Assembly: GCA_050298595.1 (NCBI GenBank)
Contig: JBNKUM010000115.1
Span: forward strand, 1 to 64,000
Source: Gammaproteobacteria bacterium
Lineage (GTDB): Bacteria; Pseudomonadota; Gammaproteobacteria; GCA-001735895
DNA length: 64,000 bases
Direction of reading: 5' to 3'
Below the pieces are notes generated by a model. The model was not told the origin of the DNA. It saw only the letters and a program-made list of their open reading frames with translations, and did no database searches. Below are positions 9,195-18,602 of the stretch, one piece after another. Position 1 is the stretch's first letter. Every line of letters begins with the position of its first letter. The position numbers were made by a program, and so were the translations under genes.

Positions 9195-10091
9195 ATGGTA
9201 TTCAACGAAGTCACGCACGATGAATTGCCTGGCATCATCGCTCAGCTGAAAGAGTCTCTCAATAACCACCAGCAATGGTATAGTGCGTTGATTCGCACGC
9301 TGATGTGCAAGTTGCCGGGCGATAAGCACGACACCAGCGAAGCTGCCCATACAGAATGTCGCTTCGGTCAGTGGTACTACAGCCATGCACCTGAAATAAT
9401 ACGCAAACATCCCGGATTCATCGCGCTGGGTGATGAGCATAAGCGCTTGCATCACATGGCCAGGCTGTTGCTGGTCGCTGCACATTCCGGCAACCCCATT
9501 ACACCGCTCGACTACGACAATTTTGCCAATGCACTGGATAGGCTTCGTCTGGAAATATCCTCACTGGAGCGTGAACTGGAAAACTCCTTGTTCAACCACG
9601 ACGCGCTGACCGGAGCCATCACCCGTTTCGGTATATTGCCGACATTGCGCGAACAACAGGAGTTGGTGAAGCGCCATGCCCAGCATTGCTACATTGCCAT
9701 GATTGATCTGGACAACTTCAAGGCGGTTAACGATCTCCACGGGCATACTGTAGGCGACAAGGTGTTAGCTGAATCGGTACGCTACCTGATCGATCATCTC
9801 CGCCCATACGACAAGGTGTTCCGTTATGGCGGGGAAGAGTTTCTACTGTGCATGCCATATACAGAATTAGAGAGTGGACTTGAACGGGTAAAGGAACTCA
9901 ATGCTGGTCTTGCCGAACTGGAAATTGATATTGGCGAAGAAGCGCCCATCCACATCGAGGCCTCTTTCGGCCTGGCGTTGCTCGACGCAGATATTCCGGT
10001 TGAAAAATCCATTGACCGCGCTGACAGGGCTCTTTATGCAGCCAAGGCCGCTGGGCGGAATCGCGTGCTGGTATGGGACGCATCGATGTGA
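9195..10091 (+). CDS. CZB-domain diguanylate cyclase (DgcZ/YdeH-like)
   Basis: GGAGG RBS before ATG 9195; zinc-binding HTECRFGQWYY and HKRLH; DLDNFKAVNDLHGHTVGD; RYGGEEF. Confidence 0.9.
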   Translation: MVFNEVTHDELPGIIAQLKESLNNHQQWYSALIRTLMCKLPGDKHDTSEAAHTECRFGQWYYSHAPEIIRKHPGFIALGDEHKRLHHMARLLLVAAHSGNPITPLDYDNFANALDRLRLEISSLERELENSLFNHDALTGAITRFGILPTLREQQELVKRHAQHCYIAMIDLDNFKAVNDLHGHTVGDKVLAESVRYLIDHLRPYDKVFRYGGEEFLLCMPYTELESGLERVKELNAGLAELEIDIGEEAPIHIEASFGLALLDADIPVEKSIDRADRALYAAKAAGRNRVLVWDASM

Positions 10092-10206
10092 AACGAAAGG
10101 TTCAGCTTCCTATAAGAGCCGTGACTCCAGAAAAAAGAGGTTAAAGATCTTCAGGCAGAATAAATTCTGTCAAGACTAGTGCCTAATAACAATAAGCAAT
10201 AAAACG

Positions 10207-10237
10207 CCTGTTTGCCCTTATACAAACAGGTTTTTTT
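10207..10237 (+). terminator. Intrinsic terminator after the diguanylate cyclase
   Basis: CCTGTTTG...CAAACAGG stem followed by T7. Confidence 0.7.
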
Positions 10238-10373
10238 GAGCTATTAAAAGCAGTTACAGATCTGCTTTAATACTTTTTGCGTCTGGATAATATTCAGGTA
10301 TCTGGTAAAAGCTGCAAAAATCTGGGGGCATGATATTATTCTGCTATATCTATGTATATCAACGGATGATGCC

Positions 10374-11279
10374 GTGAAGTCTCTGCTTTTATTTTTTGTT
10401 TTATTCTCTCTTTTCAATTCAGTCCATGCCCAGAACCTGTGCGACGCATCCTGTGAATTCTCTGCCACCTTTCCACAGGGCGGTAGCCTGGAAGCTATTG
10501 ATGAATTAACCCTGACTTTTGGGGCAGAAGGAGAGTTGATCCTCGGCACGGGTGGTACCGTAAACACATCTATTCAGCCCTCGAGCCTGGATTTTACATC
10601 CGGGGGAACCTTGTTCTTATCAGCGGGTGAAAGTATTACATTTGGTCCGGGTGGATCTCTGATATTGGGTACTGGTGGTAATATGGATGCACTGAGCTAT
10701 AACCTCAGTACCACAGGTGATATCACAATTGGGGCAACAGGTGGAAACCAGTCTATTAATATCAATGGTGATTTGGGTGCATCTGGAGTCCTGAGTTTCA
10801 CATCGAACTCTCTAGAGATAAATTCAACCATCACTGCAGTTAGTCAATTGAACCTCGAAAACTCAACAACGATAAGTGGCTCGGGATCAATTACTACCTT
10901 TGAGTATGCAAATGTTTCAATCGGAAATGTAGTATCTGTATGGCCCATACCTTTGTCGTTGTCTGATAATAGTGGAGTGATTATTTATGGGTCAGATTTA
11001 TTCAACCCAGACATTCAACCTCTTCAGCACTTTGATCCAGTATTCAATGATTTAGAATTCCCTATCAGCGACGGGAGTAATTGCATTGTAACTTCTCCTG
11101 AGTGTATAGCTGATGACGGAACCATCTACGTTCTATCCTCTGAAGGTAAACTGGTTAAAAAAGAGACTCCCAGCGATAACTCAACAAGTGGAAAAAGTGG
11201 GGCATTCGGTCTACCTTTTCTTGGCTTTTTCATGATTCTTTTATTTTTATCTGGATCGAGAAAAACACTTAAATCCTGA
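10374..11279 (+). CDS. Exported protein with a GlyGly-CTERM-like C-terminal anchor
   Basis: Signal peptide ending VHA; Gly/Thr/Ser-rich repeats (LILGTGG twice); tail SGKSGAFGLPFLGFFMILLFLSGSRK. Confidence 0.7.
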   Translation: MKSLLLFFVLFSLFNSVHAQNLCDASCEFSATFPQGGSLEAIDELTLTFGAEGELILGTGGTVNTSIQPSSLDFTSGGTLFLSAGESITFGPGGSLILGTGGNMDALSYNLSTTGDITIGATGGNQSININGDLGASGVLSFTSNSLEINSTITAVSQLNLENSTTISGSGSITTFEYANVSIGNVVSVWPIPLSLSDNSGVIIYGSDLFNPDIQPLQHFDPVFNDLEFPISDGSNCIVTSPECIADDGTIYVLSSEGKLVKKETPSDNSTSGKSGAFGLPFLGFFMILLFLSGSRKTLKS

Positions 11280-11523
11280 TCTGTTTTGACATTAGTTGTT
11301 TTTATTACCCTATCTGGGCAGGGCTCACACATATACTCGTTTACTGCTTTGGAGCAAGGAAAGCTAAGGTGTGTGAAACAATAATCAGGGAAGTTGCTAC
11401 CATCCAAAAATTACATCCCCTGGTTCCGTAAACACTACATCCCTAAAGCACTCCTACCGCACGAAGTTTATGCCCTTTGGGCACTCCCAATGAACAGTTG
11501 CCCCAGTTCACAACGACAGAAAA

Positions 11524-11826
11524 TCAAAAAAGACTCCCCCCACACTTCCAGCAAATCCGAAAACTACTCCCATTCCCCTCCCCGCAATGCGGGCAAAAAA
11601 TATCCGCCTCATCATCCTGCTGCAGTTGATCAACCGAAAGCTTCGCAGCAGCAAAATCCGATTCATCAATAACCCACAACTCCGGCCACGTCTCAAATGG
11701 AGACAGGTCGCCTACACCGCCTCCTGCATATTCGTTTTTAACTATGCATTCTATGCCCTGCTCCTGCAGCAGGTTTTTCAGATTAAAAACAATCAGACGG
11801 TTTTCATGGCTGAAGACTTTTTTCAT
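11524..11826 (-). CDS. DUF2007 putative signal-transducing protein with a C-terminal zinc ribbon
   Basis: LLQEQGIECIVKNE, WPELWV, CPHCGE...CWKCG. Confidence 0.85.
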   Translation of the reverse strand: MKKVFSHENRLIVFNLKNLLQEQGIECIVKNEYAGGGVGDLSPFETWPELWVIDESDFAAAKLSVDQLQQDDEADIFCPHCGEGNGSSFRICWKCGGSLF

Positions 11827-12107
11827 TCATACTCAAAGCGATAATGCTTGGAGATAAATTCCAGAACCTTCCAGGTACAGCTCATGCCCTTAGGGAAAGT
11901 CACCAAATCTCCTCGACCCAGTTCTACCGGCTCTCCACCATCGGGGGTGACAATAACTCTGCCTTCGAGTATGTAGCACACTTCCTGATTATCATAAGTC
12001 CACGGAAACTCCGAGGGTTCCTTTTCCCATATCGGCCATTCTTCTACACCGAGTACATCAAGTTTTCCAGGTGCGGGATTATGCTCGTATAAAATTTGAT
12101 CGATCAT
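11823..12107 (-). CDS. Cupin (DUF861/EutQ-like) protein
   Basis: WPIWEKEPSEFPWTY, ECYILEG-like segment, GDLVTFPKGMSCTW. Confidence 0.88.
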   Translation of the reverse strand: MIDQILYEHNPAPGKLDVLGVEEWPIWEKEPSEFPWTYDNQEVCYILEGRVIVTPDGGEPVELGRGDLVTFPKGMSCTWKVLEFISKHYRFEYE

Positions 12108-12150
12108 TGCTTTTGCTCTTCAGGTTTAACTGAGGGATTTTTAGTGATGT

Positions 12151-12954
12151 TTACTTGATGCCTCTGGATTCCTTGATCTTTTCGTAAGCTTCCTTGATCT
12201 GCTGCGTTTTCTCAGTAGCGTCTTTAATCATTTCTTCGGGCAGACCCTTGGCAACCAGCTTATCAGGATGATGCTGTGACATGAGTCGACGATAGGCTTT
12301 TTTCAGATCGGTATCCGATATGCCTTTTTCTACCCCTATGATGGCATAAGCATCCTTAACCGTCATAGCTGAGCTTGTATGACTACCCGCTCGATGAGAA
12401 CCCTGACCAAAACCAGCCTTTAGCATTTCTTCAAGGCGGTGTAATTGATGTAGCGGAACCCCTAACTTTTGACAGATGTAGATAAGCACTTTCTCTTCAT
12501 CTGCATGCATTACACCATCGGCATAAGCAGCCTGTAGCTGAATTTCCAGAAACATTTGAATCAGGGTACTACGCCGGTGCACTTCCTTTTTAAACTGATC
12601 GAGCACTGCATCCAGCGGAAAGTCTGGTGATTTACCTTCATTAAATAATTTCTTTGCTGACTCACGAACCTCTGCTGATAAGCCCATCTGAGTCATCACC
12701 GCCTGAGCCATTTTGATTTCTTCAGCGGTGACCTTGCCATCGGCTTTAGCAATATGCCCCATGACGGAAAAGGTGGCAGTGAAAAAGGCTGCCTGCACAC
12801 GTTCCTGCTGCCCCGGGTCTATGCCACCGTCGGACATAATAGACCCCAGGCCCTTATCAAAATTATGACCAAAAGCGATTCCAAGTAGTGCGCCCAGAGG
12901 CCCACCCATCATAAAACCGAATGCACCGCCTAAAGCTTTACCCCACCAAGACAT
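12151..12954 (-). CDS. djlA: DnaJ-like membrane co-chaperone
   Basis: MSWWGK..GG..G N-terminus, TerB-like AKADG, J-domain HHPDKL. Confidence 0.95.
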   Translation of the reverse strand: MSWWGKALGGAFGFMMGGPLGALLGIAFGHNFDKGLGSIMSDGGIDPGQQERVQAAFFTATFSVMGHIAKADGKVTAEEIKMAQAVMTQMGLSAEVRESAKKLFNEGKSPDFPLDAVLDQFKKEVHRRSTLIQMFLEIQLQAAYADGVMHADEEKVLIYICQKLGVPLHQLHRLEEMLKAGFGQGSHRAGSHTSSAMTVKDAYAIIGVEKGISDTDLKKAYRRLMSQHHPDKLVAKGLPEEMIKDATEKTQQIKEAYEKIKESRGIK

Positions 12955-13081
12955 AATCAACTTACCTTTTTGATTTTTGATTGCCCCTTAAAATAGGGGT
13001 TAATCTTTTTAACACAAGAAAAAAATGAGACCTGTAAACGATCCTTTGGGTTTAACACGGCGAGACTATTATTTTGACTAG

Positions 13082-13990
13082 CTACTGTTTACCAAATGTT
13101 TTCAGATCATCAGCTGTAATACAGAAAACCCCACTCCCGCCATGCTCGAATTCGATCCAGGTTAAAGGCAACTCGGGATATTTATCCATCATTGCTGCCT
13201 GTGAATTACCCACCTCGACCACCAGTAGCCCATGATCACTCAGGTAATCACCCGCCTGCTGTAACATACGATCGACTATCTCGAGCCCATCGTCACCGGC
13301 CTGTAAGCCCATATTTGGCTCAGCCTTAAATTCTTCACTTAACGCCGCCATATCTTCTGCATCTACATAAGGGGGATTGGATACGATGAGGTCAAAACGC
13401 TGTGGCGGGATCTGTTCAAATAAGTCTGACTCATACAGATCTAGCTGATCAGACAATTCATGCTTAATTAGGTTCTGACGCGCAACTTCGAGTGCATCTC
13501 TGGATAAATCGGAAGCTGCCACATGCGCATCAGGAAAGGCATACTGACAGGCGATTGCAATACATCCACTACCGGTACACAGATCCAGGATACTGTTTAC
13601 CTGATTAGCATCGATCCAGGGCTCAAAATGCTGATTAATCAGTTCACCGATTGGCGAACGAGGTACCAGAACACGCTCATCCACATAAAAAGGCAACCCG
13701 CAGAACCAGGCTTCTCGCGTTACATAAGCTGCAGGCTGACGCGTTTTGATACGCTGCATAATAATAGCAACCACACGCTCGCGTTCTTTTTGGGTCAACT
13801 GACTGCTGAAGTATTGTTGCGGCCAGTCGAAAGGCAAATTGAGTGCATGTAACACCAGATAAACCGCCTCATCCAGTGCACTCACAAAGCCATGGCCGAA
13901 GGTGAGATTGTTTCGATAAAATTCACTACCTGCCCATCGAATGTAATCTGTGATGGATGTCAATGAGTCGGTGATTTCTTTGCTTTCCAC
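13082..13990 (-). CDS. prmB: Ribosomal protein L3 N5-glutamine methyltransferase
   Basis: FYVDERVLVPRSPI, LDLCTGSGCI, SNPPY, EVGNS. Confidence 0.95.
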   Translation of the reverse strand: MESKEITDSLTSITDYIRWAGSEFYRNNLTFGHGFVSALDEAVYLVLHALNLPFDWPQQYFSSQLTQKERERVVAIIMQRIKTRQPAAYVTREAWFCGLPFYVDERVLVPRSPIGELINQHFEPWIDANQVNSILDLCTGSGCIAIACQYAFPDAHVAASDLSRDALEVARQNLIKHELSDQLDLYESDLFEQIPPQRFDLIVSNPPYVDAEDMAALSEEFKAEPNMGLQAGDDGLEIVDRMLQQAGDYLSDHGLLVVEVGNSQAAMMDKYPELPLTWIEFEHGGSGVFCITADDLKTFGKQ

Positions 13991-14084
13991 TAGGTTTAAA
14001 TCTATGCATCAAATATAATGCCGCGAATTGTACACAGTTTTGCTTCTGCATTGTGTAATTTCAAGCAACTTCGGTACATATAAA

Positions 14085-14702
14085 GTGAAAAAAAACCTTA
14101 TTATCATCGGCCTTATAACGGCAATCTGCCTCGGCTTAGCCAGCTCGATGCTAGCGCTTAAACCTGAACCCATAGTACTCCAGGCTGCCACCTGGTTTGG
14201 TAGCCAGGCAAGGCCACTACCTGCTTTTGAGTTAACCGATCATGCTGGCAAGCCTTTCAACCAGCAAAGCATCAAGGGGAAATGGCAACTGATGTTCTTT
14301 GGCTATACCAATTGCCCGGATATCTGCCCCGATTCGCTGCAGATGCTGACAAACATGATGAAACTGATCACCGATGAATCGGTAAAACAGCAATTACAGA
14401 TTACCTTTATTTCAATAGACCCTGATCGTGATGATCTGGCCAAAATGAAGACCTACGTGACTTACTTTAATCCCTCATTCATGAGTGCTCGCGGCGAGAT
14501 TGAAGAGGTGAACAAACTAACTCAGGCACTCGGCGTGATGCATGACATCAGTAAATCAGCCGATGGATCTAAATATGATGTCGCACATAGTGGAATACTC
14601 ACTCTAATTGACCCACAGGGGCGTTTCGCTGGCGTGTTCAGCCCGCCGCATGATAGTGCCAGTATTGCGCACGACCTGACTAAAATTATTAACGGAAAAT
14701 AA
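14085..14702 (+). CDS. SCO/SenC copper chaperone
   Basis: FGYTNCPDICP and conserved His (VAHS); probable GTG start at 14085. Confidence 0.92.
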   Translation: MKKNLIIIGLITAICLGLASSMLALKPEPIVLQAATWFGSQARPLPAFELTDHAGKPFNQQSIKGKWQLMFFGYTNCPDICPDSLQMLTNMMKLITDESVKQQLQITFISIDPDRDDLAKMKTYVTYFNPSFMSARGEIEEVNKLTQALGVMHDISKSADGSKYDVAHSGILTLIDPQGRFAGVFSPPHDSASIAHDLTKIINGK

Positions 14703-14716
14703 AACTGAGGACCCTC

Positions 14717-15136
14717 ATGAAAAAAACAATCACCTTAATCCTTTGCCTGCTTTCAATGCAGATAATGGCAGACAGCAGTAAAGTAGAATTTTCAGATGGA
14801 TGGATTAAGCAATTACCACCGGTTGTTCCAATGCGAGCTGGATACGTTAAAATCACTAACTCATCTGATGAAGATGTGGTCATTACCGCTATGCAAAGTG
14901 ATGCCTTTGAAACAGTAGAGCTGCATGAAACCACTATGAAAGATGGCATGATGCAAATGGTACAGATGGATAGTTTTGTTATTCCCGCCAAAGGCAGCAC
15001 TGATCTCAAACCGGGTGGAAAACACATTATGCTTATTAACCCACTGACTCCTTTAGCGATAGGTGACAAAGTTGATCTAGTTGTCACCTTCAGTGATTCA
15101 AAAGCTCAGAAAATACAACTTAAAGTAAAACAGTAA
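14717..15136 (+). CDS. Periplasmic copper chaperone PCu(A)C
   Basis: ELHET...MMQM...PGGKHIML metal-binding motif and a signal peptide. Confidence 0.92.
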   Translation: MKKTITLILCLLSMQIMADSSKVEFSDGWIKQLPPVVPMRAGYVKITNSSDEDVVITAMQSDAFETVELHETTMKDGMMQMVQMDSFVIPAKGSTDLKPGGKHIMLINPLTPLAIGDKVDLVVTFSDSKAQKIQLKVKQ

Positions 15137-15139
15137 ATC

Positions 15140-16015
15140 ATGTCGAAAAAAAATAATGCCCAGTCTCAGTTTTCCGAAAAATTACTGGGCTGGTTATTTA
15201 CCGCGCTGCCCCACCACCTGATTTCACGGGCCGTCTATTTCCTGACCCGCATCAAAACCCCGCTGGCGACTCCGGTGATACACTGGTTTATCAAAACCTT
15301 TAAGGTGGATATGTCTGATGCTGAAATTCAAATCATTGAGGAATACGACTGCTTTAATGATTTCTTCATCCGCTCACTGACCCCAAACGCCAGACCAGTA
15401 ACTAGTGCCAAAAACACAGTTGCGAGCCCTGTCGATGGCACGGTATCGCAATGCGGCAACATTGTGAAAGGGCATTTATTTCAGGCTAAAGGACATTTTT
15501 ACTCAGTAGAAGATTTGCTGGGTGGCGACACTTTAATGTCTCACATGTTTGAAGGTGGAAAATATGCCACGATTTACCTCGCCCCCTATAACTATCACAG
15601 AATCCACATGCCGATGGATGGCCTGTTAAAGAAAATGATCCATGTTCCCGGTCGCCTTTTCAGTGTAGCCCCCTGGACCGTGCAGCAGATTCCGCGCCTG
15701 TTTGCACGCAATGAACGTGTGGTCTGTCTGTTTTCCACCGCAACCGGACCCATGGCAATGATTCTGGTCGGAGCAATTAACGTGGCGGCCATTGAAACCG
15801 TCTGGCACGGTCTGGTAACGCCACCCAAAGGAAAAAAGGTGTCAGAGTATAATTATGACCATGCTGAAAGAAAATTCAGCAAAGGCCAGGAAATGGGGCG
15901 TTTCAATATGGGGTCAACGGTGATTCTGCTAACAACCGATAAGATTCAGCTAGCAGACCTTAAACCTCAGCAGACATTAAAAATGGGCGAGCTGATAGGG
16001 TATACATTAAGCTAA
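15140..16015 (+). CDS. psd: Phosphatidylserine decarboxylase proenzyme
   Basis: FNDFFIR, SPVDG, YLAPYNYHRIHMP, RNER, MGST cleavage site. Confidence 0.95.
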   Translation: MSKKNNAQSQFSEKLLGWLFTALPHHLISRAVYFLTRIKTPLATPVIHWFIKTFKVDMSDAEIQIIEEYDCFNDFFIRSLTPNARPVTSAKNTVASPVDGTVSQCGNIVKGHLFQAKGHFYSVEDLLGGDTLMSHMFEGGKYATIYLAPYNYHRIHMPMDGLLKKMIHVPGRLFSVAPWTVQQIPRLFARNERVVCLFSTATGPMAMILVGAINVAAIETVWHGLVTPPKGKKVSEYNYDHAERKFSKGQEMGRFNMGSTVILLTTDKIQLADLKPQQTLKMGELIGYTLS

Positions 16016-16930
16016 TACCTGTTGAATTGAATCTTTCTGTAGCAATACCATTAACAGGCGATCCAGCCCTAATGCCACTCCGGCACAATTTGGCATTCCC
16101 AGCTCCAGTGCCTGCAAAAAACTCTCATCGATTGGGTACGTAGACAAACCAGACTCAATTCTTTTCCGGTTATCTGCTTCGAAACGCGCTCTTTGCTCCC
16201 TGGCATCGGTTAATTCAGTAAAGCCATTTGCCAGTTCCATATCCTGATAAAACAGTTCAAATCGTTCGGCGACCTTAGGGTTTTCTGGTTTTAACCGTGC
16301 TAACGATGCCTGCTCTGACGGGAAGTCATATACAAAAGTAAAGCCTTTAAACTGCTTAGCGATTACTTCACTGATTAACAGGTCAAGACAGTCTGCTCGA
16401 GACAGTAGATGACTATCAATTCCGCTGATGTGTTTATTCACACAGGCGCGTAATGGAGCATCGCTATCCTTATCGATATCCAGTTGTAGATAATCGTTAA
16501 ATGCGCCGTGATACGTTATTTTTTCAAACCTGGCTGGAGCATCGGTAAAACTGAGAATTAACTGCTGCACCTGATCCATCAGTTGCTGGTAATCAAACCC
16601 GATGCTGTACCATTCCAGTAAGGTAAACTCAGGTTGATGACGTCGCCCCTGCTCTTCATCCCGAAACGCATGGCAAATCTGGTAGATTGATCCACTTCCA
16701 TTTGCCAGCAGACGCTTCATGGCAAACTCAGGCGAGGTTTGTAGATACTGGGTTTGATTATTGACGCAGGCACTGATCGACTGAATATGCACGTCGGTAT
16801 TGGTGCTGTGGGAGAGTAATGGCGTATCGACTTCGAGAAAATCACGCGCATCAAAAAAGGCCCGAATCTGCTTTAGCATTCGGGCCCTGTGCTGAAGGAT
16901 AGTCAGCGGATCTGTTTGCAAGGTCTGCAA
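16007..16930 (-). CDS. epmA: EF-P lysine aminoacylase
   Basis: YLQTSPEFAMKRLL, RHQPEFTLLEWY, ELANGF, GVALGLDRL; adjacent to efp. Confidence 0.95.
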   Translation of the reverse strand: MQTLQTDPLTILQHRARMLKQIRAFFDARDFLEVDTPLLSHSTNTDVHIQSISACVNNQTQYLQTSPEFAMKRLLANGSGSIYQICHAFRDEEQGRRHQPEFTLLEWYSIGFDYQQLMDQVQQLILSFTDAPARFEKITYHGAFNDYLQLDIDKDSDAPLRACVNKHISGIDSHLLSRADCLDLLISEVIAKQFKGFTFVYDFPSEQASLARLKPENPKVAERFELFYQDMELANGFTELTDAREQRARFEADNRKRIESGLSTYPIDESFLQALELGMPNCAGVALGLDRLLMVLLQKDSIQQVLA

Positions 16931-17500
16931 TCAGTTCTTCACGCGTGACATGTAATCTCCGCTGCGGGTATCGACACGTATGACTTCACCTATCTCCAGA
17001 AATAAAGGTACCTTGACCACTGCACCTGACTCAAGAGTAGCAGGCTTGGTACCTCCCTGTGCGGTATCGCCCTTTAACCCGGGATCGGTCTCGACGATGG
17101 CCATTTCAACAAAATTCGGTGGAGTAACAGCTAATGGTGAACCATTGTATAGTGTGACTTCACACATATCCTGAGCCTTTAGCCATAGATAGGCATCACC
17201 GACAGCATTTTTATCAGCAGCATATTGTTCAAAGGTATCGGGAACCATAAAATGATAGAATTCACCATCATCATATAAATACTGCATGTCAATATCAATT
17301 ACATCTGCCGCTTCCAGGCTTTCGCCTGATTTGAAGGTTTTTTCCAGCACACGGCCTGAACGCAGATTGCGGATCTTGACGCGATTGAATGCCTGCCCTT
17401 TTCCCGGCTTTACAAATTCATTTTCAATGATGGCGCAGGGGTCACCGTCCATAATGACTTTTAATCCGCTTTTAAACTCGCTGGTGCTATAACTTGCCAT
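16931..17500 (-). CDS. efp: Elongation factor P
   Basis: KPGKGQA loop (Lys type) and [11 protein letters not shown]. Confidence 0.98.
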   Translation of the reverse strand: MASYSTSEFKSGLKVIMDGDPCAIIENEFVKPGKGQAFNRVKIRNLRSGRVLEKTFKSGESLEAADVIDIDMQYLYDDGEFYHFMVPDTFEQYAADKNAVGDAYLWLKAQDMCEVTLYNGSPLAVTPPNFVEMAIVETDPGLKGDTAQGGTKPATLESGAVVKVPLFLEIGEVIRVDTRSGDYMSRVKN

Positions 17501-17526
17501 ATTCTTCTCGGGTCACTATCTAAAAA

Positions 17527-18540
17527 ATGCCAATGATACCGGATTCTATCCAGATACCACAATCACAGAACTGGAAACAGTTGCTGTCAAATGCCTTTCG
17601 TAACCGCAGGGATTTACTCGACTACTGCCAAATCGATTCATCCGCGCATGTATTCAATGCCGATTGCGGATTTCCACTACGCGTTACACGTTATTATGCT
17701 TCGCTGATTGAAAAGGGCAATGCTCTGGATCCACTGCTACTACAGGTGTTACCCGACGCTCGTGAAAGCGATCAAACAGTCGGTTACAGCACTGACCCGG
17801 TTGGAGATCAGGATGCGATGGTAGCACCGGGGTTGATCCATAAATATCCGAATCGAGTTTTACTCACTTTAACCGGTGCCTGTGCAATTCACTGTCGCTA
17901 TTGTTTCAGGCGCCACTTCCCCTATTCCGATGCAGTAGTCGATTACAGCCTGTCGGGGGCGATTATGCGCTACCTGCAACAACATAGCGAAGTTAGTGAA
18001 ATAATTCTGTCTGGTGGAGACCCACTGGTAATGGGAGATGAACAAATTTTTAGATTGATTCACAATTTAAATCACTTTAAGCACATACACTTACTACGTA
18101 TTCATAGCCGTCTACTTTCGGTTCTGCCCGAACGCATTACCGATAAGCTGATGCAGGTTCTGGAATCTTTTCACGGTCAGATCGTGTGGGTCACACATAT
18201 TAATCACGCTAATGAAATCTCTGAGCATAATCGACAGGCGTTCAACACCATAAACCTGTATGCTCAGCGCATCTTTAATCAAAGCGTACTACTCAAGGGT
18301 GTTAATGATAATGCTGAATCTCTGGCAGAACTTAGCTTTCGACTGTTTGATAGCTCGATCACTCCTTATTACCTTCACAGGCTGGACAAGGTTCAGGGGA
18401 GTCAGCATTTTGCTTTGTCAGAAGCAGAATCCTGCCAGATCTACCGAGACCTCAAACATCGCCTGCCCGGATATCTGTTACCTCGAATGGTGGATGAAAT
18501 TGCGGGTAAACTTTCGAAAAGCACAGTACATTGCGACTAA
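17527..18540 (+). CDS. epmB: EF-P beta-lysylation lysine 2,3-aminomutase
   Basis: Radical SAM CAIHCRYCFRRHFPY, LSGGDPL, PYYLH; divergent from efp. Confidence 0.95.
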   Translation: MPMIPDSIQIPQSQNWKQLLSNAFRNRRDLLDYCQIDSSAHVFNADCGFPLRVTRYYASLIEKGNALDPLLLQVLPDARESDQTVGYSTDPVGDQDAMVAPGLIHKYPNRVLLTLTGACAIHCRYCFRRHFPYSDAVVDYSLSGAIMRYLQQHSEVSEIILSGGDPLVMGDEQIFRLIHNLNHFKHIHLLRIHSRLLSVLPERITDKLMQVLESFHGQIVWVTHINHANEISEHNRQAFNTINLYAQRIFNQSVLLKGVNDNAESLAELSFRLFDSSITPYYLHRLDKVQGSQHFALSEAESCQIYRDLKHRLPGYLLPRMVDEIAGKLSKSTVHCD

Positions 18541-18602
18541 ATTGCGCTATTATCCCGATATTTGAAAAACCTTATAAATTGTATTAACTTACCCCGCCAA
18601 CT

